From Bispira polyomma (lineage: Eukaryota), in the NCBI GenBank assembly GCA_965649765.1, contig OZ287748.1, positions 106,206,001-106,270,000 on the forward strand: a stretch of DNA of 64,000 bases. Reading direction: 5' to 3'. Below are positions 12,351 through 24,426 of this stretch, piece after piece. Numbering within the stretch: the first letter of the stretch is position 1; the number at the start of each line of letters is the position of its first letter. Below the pieces are notes generated by a model, which saw only the letters and a program-made list of their open reading frames with translations, was not told the origin of the DNA and did not search any database. The translations under genes were made by a program, and so were the position numbers.

Positions 12351-13081
12351 CTGGAAGGCAGAATACAATATTGACTTGGACACATTGAGATAATACAAGA
12401 TCCAATATAATGTATCAATATAAAATAGATCCAAGGAGTGGCATTAATATACAAAATGGAAAGAAATATTAAGAAATAATTTTTTGTATGCTAACTGTAG
12501 GCAATGCTATTTTCAGACAGAATTCTTTACAATCACGAACAGTAGGACTTATATGTTGCTCTACCACTGATACAAAGTGCTACTCCATAACCCCTAGCAA
12601 ATACTTTCATTGTAAACACAAATTTCTAAAAAAACACTTTTGATGAAAACATTTACAAAATTAAAAGTATACATTATGGCACACAAGCCATCATCGCCCA
12701 AACCCCCATCCCTCAAGCAAAACGGGAATTTTAGATTTAGATTTGAGATTTCCTCCTGCAAATACTGCTACTACACCCAGGTCCAGAGATGTCTATATAT
12801 TCATGGTGCCTGTATTTGCTGCTCAAAGCACCAATTCTACCGTTATGTGACTACACAAGTACAACACCAGTATAGGCCGCCAAACAAATCACAAAAGGCT
12901 TGCCAAAGGTTCTTTGTCTAAACACAGGACCACCATTTTATCTGGTCATCAGAGTTGCTGGCATTATCCTACTGCTCCATATTAGCATCGAACCTACGTC
13001 TATGTCGTTTGTGAGTCGACTTGAATGCCAGACAATGCAGTCACTGTGCTACATATTAGACCAGAGTCGCGCTGTACTTAC

Positions 13082-13240
13082 ATGGTGGACCTGAAGAAAT
13101 GGTTGTTGTGGGCTGAGTGGTGGTTGGTAAGGTAGTGCTTGACGCAGTACTTTCTGGAGTAGGCTGAGTAGTGGTTGGTAAGGTAATGGTTGAAGCAGTA
13201 CTTTCTGGAGTAGGCTGAGTGGGGTCCACAGTGGTAGTCA
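13082..13240 (-). CDS. Exon 3 of ChtBD2-3xC1q gene: Thr/Pro/Ser-rich linker with internal 18-aa duplication
   Basis: Acceptor ttacatAG 13242-13241, donor GTAAGT 13081-13076, 159 nt, phase 1-1. VTTTVDPTQPTPESTASTITLPTTTQPTPESTASSTTLPTTTQPTTTISSGPP. Confidence 0.85.
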
Positions 13241-13692
13241 CTATGTAACAGAGAAATGTGTGGGTGTTTTAGTCATTATTTGTTATGATCATTTTGTATT
13301 TATTTATTTATTCAAGTTTATACACATAGTACACTATTTTAAGAACAAAAATACAGAAATAGAGAATTACCAATACAAAATTCAAATAAATAAAACGAAA
13401 TACAATCATACATATAAAAGGGTTAAATAATAAATCAGTGCAAGTTACAGCAAGTTATAGCATAAAATACTCCTTTATTGGATGAATATTAATTAATCCG
13501 GAAATTATCAATTAAATCAATTAATTCTTTCTCGGTGAATCAAGTGTTACAATTCTCTTATTTTCTTATTTTAACTGATCCATTAGGTTGAAAAATATTT
13601 ATCATAATAATTCGATTAAAACTGACTCTATCTCTGTTTCTCAGTTGTAATACCACAGGCATGGAAGCTGCAACATGCCTAGAATAATTATG

Positions 13693-14212
13693 GCCTGGTC
13701 ACACCTACACGTACTAACGTCTCACAATGTAGCAAGCAAATAAACTGAAAATGTGATAGCTTTGTTTCCATTTTTTAAAAAGGGGGAGTCACTTGTGACG
13801 TTTTTATGACGATGTACAAACACTTTACTGGTAGGATATCACTACCTACTACTACGTAGAGCTACTATACTGCTACTTACTGATGCGTTCTGCTACTAGT
13901 AACACTTTCCACGACGGATACATACAAAGGAAGATGATTTAACTACTTACCTCTATTTAATACTACGTTAGGCTACATTATGCTACTTATACAGACGAGT
14001 GGAGACGTCCTCGAGAAACATAGAGCTCTGCTCTGATTGTTTTAAACAGTTTGAAACAATCGTGGTAGCAGACCAACATATATCATCCGTTAAGCAACAT
14101 CACGGAACGAACGCACCAGGGATCATCACTTTGGCACTATCCTCTACTACGTTTCCAAACAGGTCCAAATGTCACACACACGTAGCTCCAGCATGTGTAG
14201 GTGTGACTAGGC
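13693..14212. mobile_element. MITE with ~18-bp TIRs (possibly PIF/Harbinger-type); partial second copy at ~54330-54613
   Basis: gcctggtcacacctacac ... gtgtaggtgtgactaggc are inverted termini. Internal aacgaacgcaccagggat...cgtagctccagca recurs at ~54495-54612. Confidence 0.65.
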
Positions 14213-14699
14213 ATGTAGAGATTGCAAATCGTTCACTTATGACTATTGATACTATTTGTATGGCACCCAAAGACACTGGTGTTTTCAGACAAAGAACAGA
14301 CCTTCAACATGGCAAACATCACAAGGGAATTGTTGGGAGTTGAACTACTGGTGTTAATGAAACCAGACCATTACCATAACCGCCTTAGGCCATGAATATA
14401 TGAGACAAACTATTATCATATTTTGTTAATTGTAACTCACAAGCCTTTTTTAACCTACTACTAGATTTTGAGATATATTTAGGATCTCAGGGCTTTTGTT
14501 GACAATCACAGTTTTGATTCAGCAACTTACAATGATCATACTCTAATACATCAGTTCAAGTTCCTCAACTAACTCTCGTTAGCATGCAACAACGCATCTA
14601 TACATGTAGTCCATTATATGGTCTTACATATGGTGCATCTTTGAAGTTGACATAAACAGAAGTACTTCTTTAGCAAAGTGTTTGGATTAATGTACCTGT

Positions 14700-15190
14700 A
14701 AAACTGGATCAAACCCCCGTTGATATGTTAATTAGAAAGATCTCTGAAGTAATTGATAAGAAACTTTAGGAGAAACTGGAACCAAATAACAACAAAACTT
14801 GCAAATAATGAATAACTCTGTGCGATAAGCATTAAATGAAAACTAAGTAGATTAGTGCAATTGAGGAGCAGTTGGAAGACAAAGACAAGCTATTGGTCAC
14901 TGGGAAACTAAAATAATACATTTGAAACATCAAAAAAAGCTACTTGAAAAAAAAACTGTTGGAAAAAGTTGAAAATGTACATGAACAGACAGAATGTGAA
15001 ACTTTTGAGGTATCCCAGAGAAAAGAAATGAAAATGTGGAAGAAAAATTGTTGAAGTAATTCTCAGTATATAGTGTAAACTTATCAGAACTGGATATCAT
15101 CGGTGCACACAGATTGGTACTATTGAAAACTAAAGGGACAATATCAGTTATTGTCCATCTGAAGGACAAAGCATTGGTGTTTCAAAAGAC
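14700..15190 (+). mobile_element. Degraded LINE ORF1-like fragment
   Basis: Broken frame reads ...GIPEKRNENVEEKL...LDIIGAHRL...IVHL, resembling the coiled-coil/RRM region of non-LTR ORF1 proteins. Confidence 0.45.
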
Positions 15191-16439
15191 CACCATTAAT
15201 AGCTTAACATCGTAGGCTAAAGGTCAAGACATACAGGCCCGATCCAGAAATTGGATCCGTATCATTATGAAACAAAAAAACAACAGTGCAAGCATTCATA
15301 TTGAAGACGGATCTGCTGATCCCGGATAAAAATGGGCATTTCTAATTTGTGACGAATCCATATCCGGGTCCCTACCAAGCACATGCAAAGTAGCTTAAAA
15401 TTTCACATACATAAACACTAAAATTATAAGCAAAAAAGATTTATGGGTGCACACACAAAATTTTTTTTAAATTTGTGATGTAATCAGTTATTGCAAAAAA
15501 CGTCAAATGTGACGGCATTAAAGTGGGTCAAAGTATTCTCTATCGTTATAGTACAATTACTGTCCATCGGTGGCGATGTGGTTCAATACTTTGACTGTAA
15601 TCAAGTTTGTTGTGTTCTATTCTTTACACATAATCATCCAATCCTTTTGTTTGACAATATCGCTTTATAGATTAATTATGACACATACATCAGGGTTTGT
15701 AACAGCAAAGTAGCCATCTGCTAAATTTAAACAAATTTGCTCAACAAAAAACATAATTGCAACAAACAAAAATAACCCAACATCATACAGAATGTGAAAT
15801 AATACAAAACCTCAAGGAATGGAAAGCTCAATCAAAACAGTCTGACCCGACTATTGTACAAAGACCTTATACGATTTGTGCCAAGTCTGTGTGTTTGGTG
15901 ATCTACTAAATATGTGCCTTGAAAACAATTGTGTCAACAGTGAACTTAAAAGTTATTTGTTGGGGCAACGCAAGACACACCACAAAGTGAAAGATCTCAA
16001 TAATAAGCTGAAGTTAATTCAAAACTTATAACGCAATGGTCGATATTGTTCAAAGTACTGTAATGTTTCTTGACATTATACACAAGCACTTACAAGTAAT
16101 CAATATATACTACCATATTGGATACACTGCTGGAAAAAGTATTACTGGACCTGGAATCTACAGAGATTTGAATTGTGTGACGTCACAATACAATGTTTAG
16201 TTTTACCATACTTTGCTTATTTTATCTCACTTTTTTGTCTTGCAATATCGAACCAATATGTATACACAGGGTGAAATGTAATACATTTTTATAGTGTGAC
16301 GTCAGAACACAATTATCTGTATATGGTTTAATAACATAATGTATGGATATGATGAGTTTTTACAGAACGCCTACACTGATGCCTACACTGATGCATTTCT
16401 TGGGAGTTGGAAGATTTGATCTACCATCACATGACACTG

Positions 16440-17028
16440 ACTCCCATCACTTGACATGACTATCCGTCTGTCCAACTACATTGACACATGACTATCTGTC
16501 CATCTACATTGACACATGACTACCTGTCTGACCAACTACATTGACACATGACTACCTGTCTGACCAACTACATTGACACATGACTACCTGTCTGCCCAAC
16601 TACATTGACACATGACTACCTGTCTGTCCACCTACTGTGGCACATCTACCTTGACACATGACTATCTGTATGTCCATCTACCTTGACACATGACTACCTG
16701 TCTGTCAATCTACCTTGACACATGACTATCTGTATGTTTATCTACCTTGACACATGACTATCTGTATGTCCATCTACCTTGACACATGACTATCTGTATG
16801 TCCATCTACCTTGACACATGACTGTATGTCCATCTACGTTGACACATGGCTACCTGTCTGTCCATCTACCTTGACACATGACGATTTGTATGTCCATCTA
16901 CCTTGACACATGACTATCTGTATGTCCATCTGCATTGACACATGACTATCTGTATGTCCATCTACGTTGACACATGACTATCTGTCCATCCACCTACATT
17001 GACACATGGCGTCTGTCTGCCCACTTAC
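16440..17028. repeat. ~32-bp minisatellite, ~18 copies (ttgacacatgactatctgtatgtccatctacc), abutting a splice donor
   Basis: Period of 32 bp read directly (16747, 16779). The first unit overlaps the exon 2/intron 2 junction. Confidence 0.92.
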
Positions 17029-17229
17029 CTTGGCACATGGCGTCCACTTGATGCAGACAGATGAGATGTGTAGCGCTGAAGTGTAGTGTAGCTGGGCAGT
17101 CCATGAGGTAGGCAATACATCCGTCTGTACACGCCCAGAACTTGGTGCAGTCTGCAGCATAGGGATACTCTCCCTCTTGGCAGGGGCCAGGACTCCCAGG
17201 ACAATCAAACTCCTGGCCTGATGTACAGG
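17029..17229 (-). CDS. Exon 2 of ChtBD2-3xC1q gene: chitin-binding type-2 domain
   Basis: Acceptor gtgttcAG 17231-17230, donor GTAAGT 17028-17023, 201 nt, phase 1-1. QEFDCPGSPGPCQEGEYPYAADCTKFWACTDGCIAYLMDCPATLHFSATHLICLHQVDAMC has the DC.KF..C / CP..L.F.....C pattern. Confidence 0.9.
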
Positions 17230-17289
17230 CTGAACACAAAAAGGTAAAACATCATCTACAGTAAACATAGACCTGGTCTGGGACGTTCT

Positions 17290-17700
17290 TATGTCAGCAG
17301 GTAGCTGGGGGCCGCCATCTTGTATGATAGGTCTAAGATGAACCATTTAGTGAGTGTAACTTTCTTGATATTATTCATCATAACATATATTTTGTATTAT
17401 TGTGGTTACTGTTATATTTGTTTTATATTTATGATTAATATATTTCTCTCTTTTTGGTAGACTGGAAAAAGTTTGAAGAATTAAATAATTAATTGATGTA
17501 GAAATACAATGTTTTATGTTGAATACGCTAAGACCACTTTTTTATATCTGGTAAGGTGTCAGTGAGTAGGTCAAATCACTAAGTGAAACAGTTGCTACTA
17601 AAGCTAGGAATGTCAATAGGAACCGGAATAGACCCGCCAAAGTGTTGGCACTTAAAGAAGCCTCTGACCTGCCTTTTGTATAGGCTATTTTTGTTGGGGG
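17290..17700. mobile_element. Unclassified interspersed repeat, related copy at ~55340-55740
   Basis: Shared ggggccgccat...gttatatttgt...aattaattgatgta.aaataca...ttttatgttgaa..gctaa segments. Confidence 0.55.
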
Positions 17701-18164
17701 GCATCAAATGTTTGCAGGTTTCTACTGAAGGAAAATTTTTTAGAACACCGAAAACTATAGATCACCAAAAAACACAGCAGTTGAGGAATACCTGTGCTGG
17801 AATAAAATAAATAGTAAGCAACAAAGAGTGCTTACAGAAAAAAAAAACATTCTAACGTATTACTAGTAACTAAGCTTTTTTATTATAACTAGTCACTTTG
17901 TTTAACTGAACATTATTTCCAACTGAAATAGGCAGAATGGTAAAATGCCATAATGTTTATCCTTTTCAACAATGTCTTTGAAACGTTTGTTTAAACCAGA
18001 GCTTTTATTGTATGTGTTCCTATTTTGTCAGAAAAAACACTGGCATGATATTTACGTTTCAAAATTTACAGTTTATTCAGTTCATGTACCAGTGGTGATT
18101 TCAACCCAATCACATCAGACTTTTACGTTTGTAAACTCTATATAAGCATCTAGTATCTAAGGTC

Positions 18165-18390
18165 GGCTTTAGTGTATTGGTAACCCACTCACCTCCCACC
18201 TCTGTAGTCGTCGGTTTGAAGCCTAACCAGGGCCTGTGTATGTTGGAAAGTTACAAGTCGATTTACTGAAGGTGGTTTGCAAAGCAGAAACCCAGACTAA
18301 CTACCTTGTTCTGACTTCCTCCACCAGTGAGCTGCCTTTGTGATCTCACACAACACTGATTGAAAGCCACTTTAAACCCAATACTAAATC
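18165..18390 (+). mobile_element. Diverged tRNA-headed SINE
   Basis: A-box-like and B-box-like (ggtttgaagcct) head; core tgttggaaagtt...ggtggttt...ttcctccacca; tail ttgaaagccactttaaaccc. Confidence 0.55.
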
Positions 18391-19144
18391 GAAGGCACAA
18401 CAAAGGAAGTCTATTTAAGTTGTCAGATTTAGCCATTTCATAGAAAAGGATCATAACAAGGGAAATATTGCTACTACAAGATACCAAGAGAGGATAATAT
18501 AATATGGAGTTTTTGAGTTTGTGCCAAAAGGAAAGAGACACTTGAATTGGAATTGAATTGGGTTTTTGTCTCTTTCAACTGCTCAGGGCATATCCCGATG
18601 GTCATATTTAATGGTGACGGAAACCAGAGCGAAAGCCACTGTAAACCACTGATCTATGGCAAATACCTTACAAACTTTCCCACAAGAACAAATAAACAGG
18701 TTTTGAACCCACATTAGTGAGTTATTTTTGACATTAGAACTCATCGGAATTCTCATTGACAGAAGTTGCAGGAAGTTCCTGCAACTTCTGTCAATGAGAA
18801 TTCCGATTCAAAACCTGTTTATTTGTTCTTGTGGGAAAGTTTGTAAGGTATTTGCCATAGATCAGTGGTTTACAGTGGCTTTCGCTCTGGTTTCCGTCAC
18901 CATTAAATATGACCATCGGGATACTGAGCAGTTGAAAGAGACAAAAACCCAATTCAATTCTAATTCAAGTGTCTCTTTCCTTTTGGCACAAACTCAAAAT
19001 CTCCATATTATATTATCCTCTCTTGGTATCTTGTAGTAGCAACATTTCCCTTGTTATCATCCTTTTCTATGAAATGGCTAAATCTGACAACTTAAATAGA
19101 CTTCCTTTGTTGTGCCTTCGATTTAGTATTGGGTTTAAAGGTGG
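18367..19144. repeat. ~780-bp near-perfect inverted repeat with central perfect 65-bp palindrome
   Basis: 18370-18707 is the reverse complement of 18807-19140, with about five differences. 18743-18774 pairs perfectly with 18776-18807 around a single G. Confidence 0.95.
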
Positions 19145-19504
19145 GTAATTTGGTGTTAAGAGCTGTGGCTTAAGATAATGAAGAATATGGTAAAAGAATT
19201 ATACACATCGCACTAATATAAGAAAGTAATGACTTAAAAATAAAACTCTAATAAACTAAATTATCCCGCTTGGTGGCGGTGTATAGATTACGTGTATGTG
19301 TAACTTGCGCATGGTACGTCATTACAACATCCAATCAGGTCAGAAAGACTATTTCTAGAAAATGATGCATACCACAGTGATAAAATGCCATCAACAACTT
19401 TATCTAACCGAACAAAATAACAATAAAACAAAAATGAATAAATGTTATTTTTAAATTTACAAAAAAAAGCCAAAAAACATGTTGCAATAGTTGTAATTTC
19501 TCAC

Positions 19505-19544
19505 CCCAGATTGCTAGCAGTGTAGTGTAGGTTAACCAAGTCAT
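19505..19544 (-). CDS. Exon 1 (signal peptide) of ChtBD2-3xC1q gene
   Basis: ATG 19544-19542, MTWLTYTTLLAIW + G, donor GTGAGA. 40 nt, phase 1. Gives MTWLTYTTLLAIWACTSG|QEFDC. Total CDS 40+201+159+673+544 = 1617 nt, divisible by 3. Confidence 0.82.
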
Positions 19545-19647
19545 CTTTGTGATGTGCTGAACTGTGTGTGGAGAGGAATGTTTGCCAGTAAAAACTGGTG
19601 GGAAACAGGACAGCAGTTGATTGTCACATACACAAGTAGAAAGGGGC

Positions 19648-19850
19648 ATACATGCACACACTCACACAGATATACAGCCACACACACATATATATAAAGA
19701 CAGACACAGACATTCACACACAGAGATACAGACACACACAGACACTTACACATACAGAGATAAAGCCACACACAAGTAGAGAGCGACACATACATTCACA
19801 CACACACACACAGAAACAGCCACACAGACACTGACACACAGATACACAGT
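19648..19850. repeat. Degenerate (CA)n/(CAGA)n microsatellite
   Basis: Read directly. Confidence 0.9.
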
Positions 19851-20899
19851 GTAAGAAAAGAAACTTTCCTTCGGCTAGGATTCGATCTGTGGATCTTAAA
19901 CTGAATAGTCGTACACTTAACATTTGAACTAAAGGGAAGACTCTATACTGCTATTACATACCTCTCCCCCACAAAGACCTGTCCTCGTGTCTTATACTGC
20001 TACATTATGATTCTACAACTCAATTTGCATGGTTGAGTAGGTGGGGGTCTTGATGCATCTCGACTATGTAAGTTTATGAATGAATTTGCGTCAGCTAGGA
20101 TTCGATTCGTGGATCTTGCGGATCTTAAGATTAATAGTCGCACACTTCACAGTTGAACTAAAAGAAAGACACCGGAAGCCTGAGTATTGAATCCGCTGAT
20201 ATGCATTGATAGTACAGAAGTTACAGATCACACAGTGGATGCCACAAAATGTCCCATCTGGTGAGACCACTGAGCAGTGTTAATAACTACTTATAACTTA
20301 TAAACATTACTATATTCTTAAAAAATCCAAAAATGTTTGCTTATAGATAGTTAAGTACACCATCAATCATGGTAATTTTTTCTTCCATTTTAATAATATA
20401 TAAGCAAAAATAAATAATAAAATAATAACTAAATATTAACTAAAATATTAAGTAGGGTATGATATTTCAAAGTTAATCTAAAAAAAAAAGATTTAAGTGG
20501 TATTTATTTCTTTTTGTAAGTGGATATAATTGTTGGTCTATTTAAGAGTTTGTACTTTACCTACCAGGTTTATATCTCACTTGTAGCCTGTGGTGACGTC
20601 ACACACCTGTAAATTCACACAACCTCCACTGTTTGAGGTTAAACAGGCACTAATATAAGATAATTAAATCTAATCAACTTTATCTACGAATCAGAGAGAA
20701 ATAATAGATTGCATGAAGTGTTGTGTAATAAATAGAATGACTGATAAGGTGAAGTATTGCGTAATCGGTGCTGATAATATTCAAAATACTGACCTACTTT
20801 ATCCAAACGAAAAAAAAATCAAAATGAAAAAAAAATTGTAATGGAAAAACTAGGCTTAAGGGCTCACATAAATTTAGTTGCATTGGGATTTTGAAAATT

Positions 20900-23300
20900 A
20901 AAACATCAGTTTACCTAGTTGGTGGTGAGAAGGTCAGATATAGTTTTTGACCTGATTGATTGTGAAAGGTCAAATTGAAGTCCATGAATTCTAAAGTTTC
21001 TGATATGGTTGATTTAGTGAAGAAATCTAATGAAGTTTGAGATATTTTATTTTACATGTTTCTCTACTGCTATTTTGTGTTTGCAGTGCAGAATGATGGT
21101 TTGTATCTGAATGTGTCAATGAAAGAGGGAAGCCAAATTTCAAATATTGTATCAGTAATTTGTCTGGATAATCTTTAAGTACTCTTTCCCATCCTTCAAT
21201 ATTTAAGCCAGATATAATAGGGATACGTGCCTCCTTGTAATTTTGGCATCCTGTTTCTTTAATTATTTTGGCTCAGTCATTTAGGAAACAGAGCAAATCT
21301 CAATAGGACATCTATCTGGTCCTTTGAATTTGAATTCTGTCTGAGAAAGAAGTATAAAACCCTTAGTTTTTTCTGGTGAATTAAAATCTTTGACAACCTG
21401 TGTGTGGTGAGATTTCAGAAAGTTGTTTGGAGAAGTCGGGCGACGCCAGCATGAGATTACCATTGGCATTTAATACATTGTAATTGTTAGTACAGTTAGA
21501 TTCACAAGACGCGTTTTGTGTTACATCTGTCTCCCATTATCATCATCTCTCTCAATTAAATTTTCTATAATATTTGACATGTGCTTTGTATAGTCATGCC
21601 CATATTCATCTATGCATTTCTGATATTACTTAAAATTTTTGTAAGTCTGTTTTTTCAAACTGATCTCAGCTTTATCTCTCTGATGTATCTCCCTACAATT
21701 CATACATTCCTCTTCTAGTCATAGTCATACCACTGACTACCAGGGTTATATCTTTGGATATAAAATCCAGCCAAGCCACCTTTAGTGGATCCTTATTTTG
21801 AACATGACAAAAGGACCAATTTGTGGCAGAAACAGTAGCAGTGACTAACTTACTATCAGAATTTGCACAGTCAATGTTATTATCTGACTTCATTACTTCA
21901 AATACTGGGCTGCTCTGGAATATATGATCATTACAGGTGTTAGTTACATAAATATTTTCATCAGTATCTGGATTATTGTGCTTACTGTGAACATAATGCA
22001 CCCTGTGATTTAGATTTTTCTTATTTTCATAATCGCCCCTTCAGATTTCTGTTTCTGTTTGGCCAATATTTCTATATGACCACAGCATTTACTATAACCA
22101 TTATATATCAAATGCTCACTAGAATAGCTTGCCACATTTAATTCATTATTATTATTGTCATATACTTTCTCTAGAAATAATTCAGATCTAGACTTATTTC
22201 TATCATTTTTCTTTAACTTTCCATTGTCATTGTCAATTAATTCACAAAACTGTTCATTCTTAATACCTAAACTGTCTTCATACTGCTTACTAAAATTGCC
22301 TTGATTTCTCACCCTAAACTTATCGGTTCTGACCTTAACACTCACTTTCATTGTCACGTTTTCTGGTCGACGGCCAGCATCCTAACTATTATTTAAAGTT
22401 CCGTCCCCCGCTTGCTTGGCAGAATTTGCCCTATAACATTTCAACTCTGGATGTGTGGCATCCTTCTTCAGTACTGTTGCACAGTGCGAACAGTTGTGCT
22501 TATATTGAACGTGGCCGGTACGATGGGAGAGTTGAAAAGCTTGCAGATTGTTTTGCCGGAAGTAGACATCTGTAAGTTGGACGAGAACACGCCTGTAAAA
22601 TGAGTAGTAGACGGATTGACCATAGCCATCTCTGATGCGCTTAACCGGTTCAGGGCCCACTGGGTGGTATCGTTCCATCCAAGTCACCCCCCTCCACTTT
22701 GTGCATGCTGAGAGACCATGCCCTTCGCACCACGTCCCAAGGTAGTGAAGCCGCATCCCTAAGTGACAGCACAACCTGCTGGATCATATCAAGGGAGACT
22801 TGCTGACCACTGTGGCAAAGTTTAGTTATCGTACATTGGGCGTTTCCGACAAGCACCGCCCACTCACCCTTCATTGACCAATCTAAACCTTGGTTTGGTA
22901 ACAGTAATGTCCTGGTTATTGAAATGCCCAAACTGTTGAAGCTTTCCTTGAGCAAGTGCGCACTGGGCATGGGCCTCATACTGAGCAAGTCGTTGGTTCA
23001 CCATGGCCTGTACGTCGGGGATGGCTTTCAACATCTCCACAGAAGGAACTATCCTGTACCATAAATATTGCTGTTGATTCGGACCTTGCAGCTGCGCTGT
23101 GCTACTGTTTTGAGAACGTGACCTGTCCCTGACTGGGGGGAACAAAGTATAATATAGTTCTGATAACATTTCCGAGTTAAGCTGTTTGACTTTTGATGCT
23201 CTCATTGCCTTTCCTTTCGTCGTACTCTTGCTAGTGGTTACTTTGTTGCTGTTGTCCTTGTGGTTTGCCCCATAGTATTACCGTTACATGTATAGAAGAT
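20900..23300 (-). mobile_element. Truncated DIRS/Ngaro-type retrotransposon (gag plus start of pol)
   Basis: Broken gag: VEMLKAIPDVQAMVNQRLAQYE, SLRDAASLPWDVVRRAW, C/H-rich CSHCATVLKKDATHPELKC. At ~21120-21240, ARIPIISGLNIEGWERVLKDYPDKLLIQYLKFGFPL is typical of the DIRS-group pol N-terminus. Gag resembles that at 34068-35051. Confidence 0.7.
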
Positions 23301-23749
23301 TAAAACGGTCAAAAATATACTCAGAATTATAAAAAACAAGAAAATAAAATTATAAAAAACTAAAATGTAAAACTTTCAATATGGCTGACAATATGTACAC
23401 CATTTGTATACGTGGGCGCAATTTTTGATGCTGCTCTATAAAAGTGTGGTTCCAATATGAAAGGGTACCCAATCCTATTGCCCATATTTGGGGGTTCAAT
23501 GAATCTAATTGGTTATGGGCAGAATGAAGTAGTGTTCAAGACTGCCCATAGGAATTAAGGTGGCCATATAACCAAGTGGAGAACTGCATTAGCAGACCCC
23601 TATGTGGTCGTGCTGTCTATTTGGTGATGTAATGACAATGACAAAGGCAAGTATGTCTGACCACCATCCTGCCATCCTGCTGAAATTGATATAATATATC
23701 AGACCTTTCCTATGAAGTCTGCAAATAGTTCACATAGATTTCAAACCTC

Positions 23750-24320
23750 AGTTTCTCCTGGTATTATAAATGATTTCTTGTTCACTATATTCTAGAAGTA
23801 TTAAGCCTTTTCCCTGGTATTATAAATGACTTCTTGTTCACTATATTCTAGAAGTATTTGGCCTTTTCTCCTGGTATTATAAATGACTCCTTGTTCACTA
23901 TATTGTGGAAGTATTAAGCCTTTTCTCCTGGTATTATAAATGACTCCTTGTTCACTATAATGTAGAAGTATTTAGCCTTTTCTCCTTGTATTATAAATGA
24001 ACTCTTGCTCACTATATTGTGGAAGTATTAAGCCTTTTCTCCTGGTATTATAAATTACTTCTTGTTCACTATATTGTGGAAGTATTTGGCCTTTTCTCCT
24101 GGTATTATAAATGACTCCTTGTTCACTATAATGTAGAAGTATTTAGCCTTTTCTCCTGGTATTATAAATGAATTCTTGTTCACTATGTTCTAGAAGTATT
24201 TGACATTTTCTCCTGGTATTATAAATGACCTCTTGTTCACTATGTTGTAAAACTATTTAGGATTTTCTCTTGGCATTATAGATGATTTCTTATTCACTAT
24301 GTTGTAGAAGTATTTGGCCT
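23750..24320. repeat. 57-bp minisatellite, ~10 copies
   Basis: Unit ttctcctggtattataaatgactccttgttcactatattgtggaagtattaagcctt read directly. Confidence 0.92.
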
Positions 24321-24405
24321 CTTCAATGCACCTTATTGAAGCGAGGAATATTCTGAAGCACAACAAAATTAATGAACCAATGATGAATTCTAAGCACGGA
24401 TCTAA

Positions 24406-24426
24406 GGGGGGGGGGGGGGGGGGGGG
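24406..24426. repeat. Poly-G tract
   Basis: About 21 consecutive G. Confidence 0.95.

Noticed and set aside
18263-19036. ORFs 18263-18541 and 18728-19036
   Set aside because: They lie within the palindrome and SINE sequence, with no protein features.
19541-19923. Cys/Val-rich and His/Thr-rich ORFs
   Set aside because: Translations of the (CA)n-type microsatellite.
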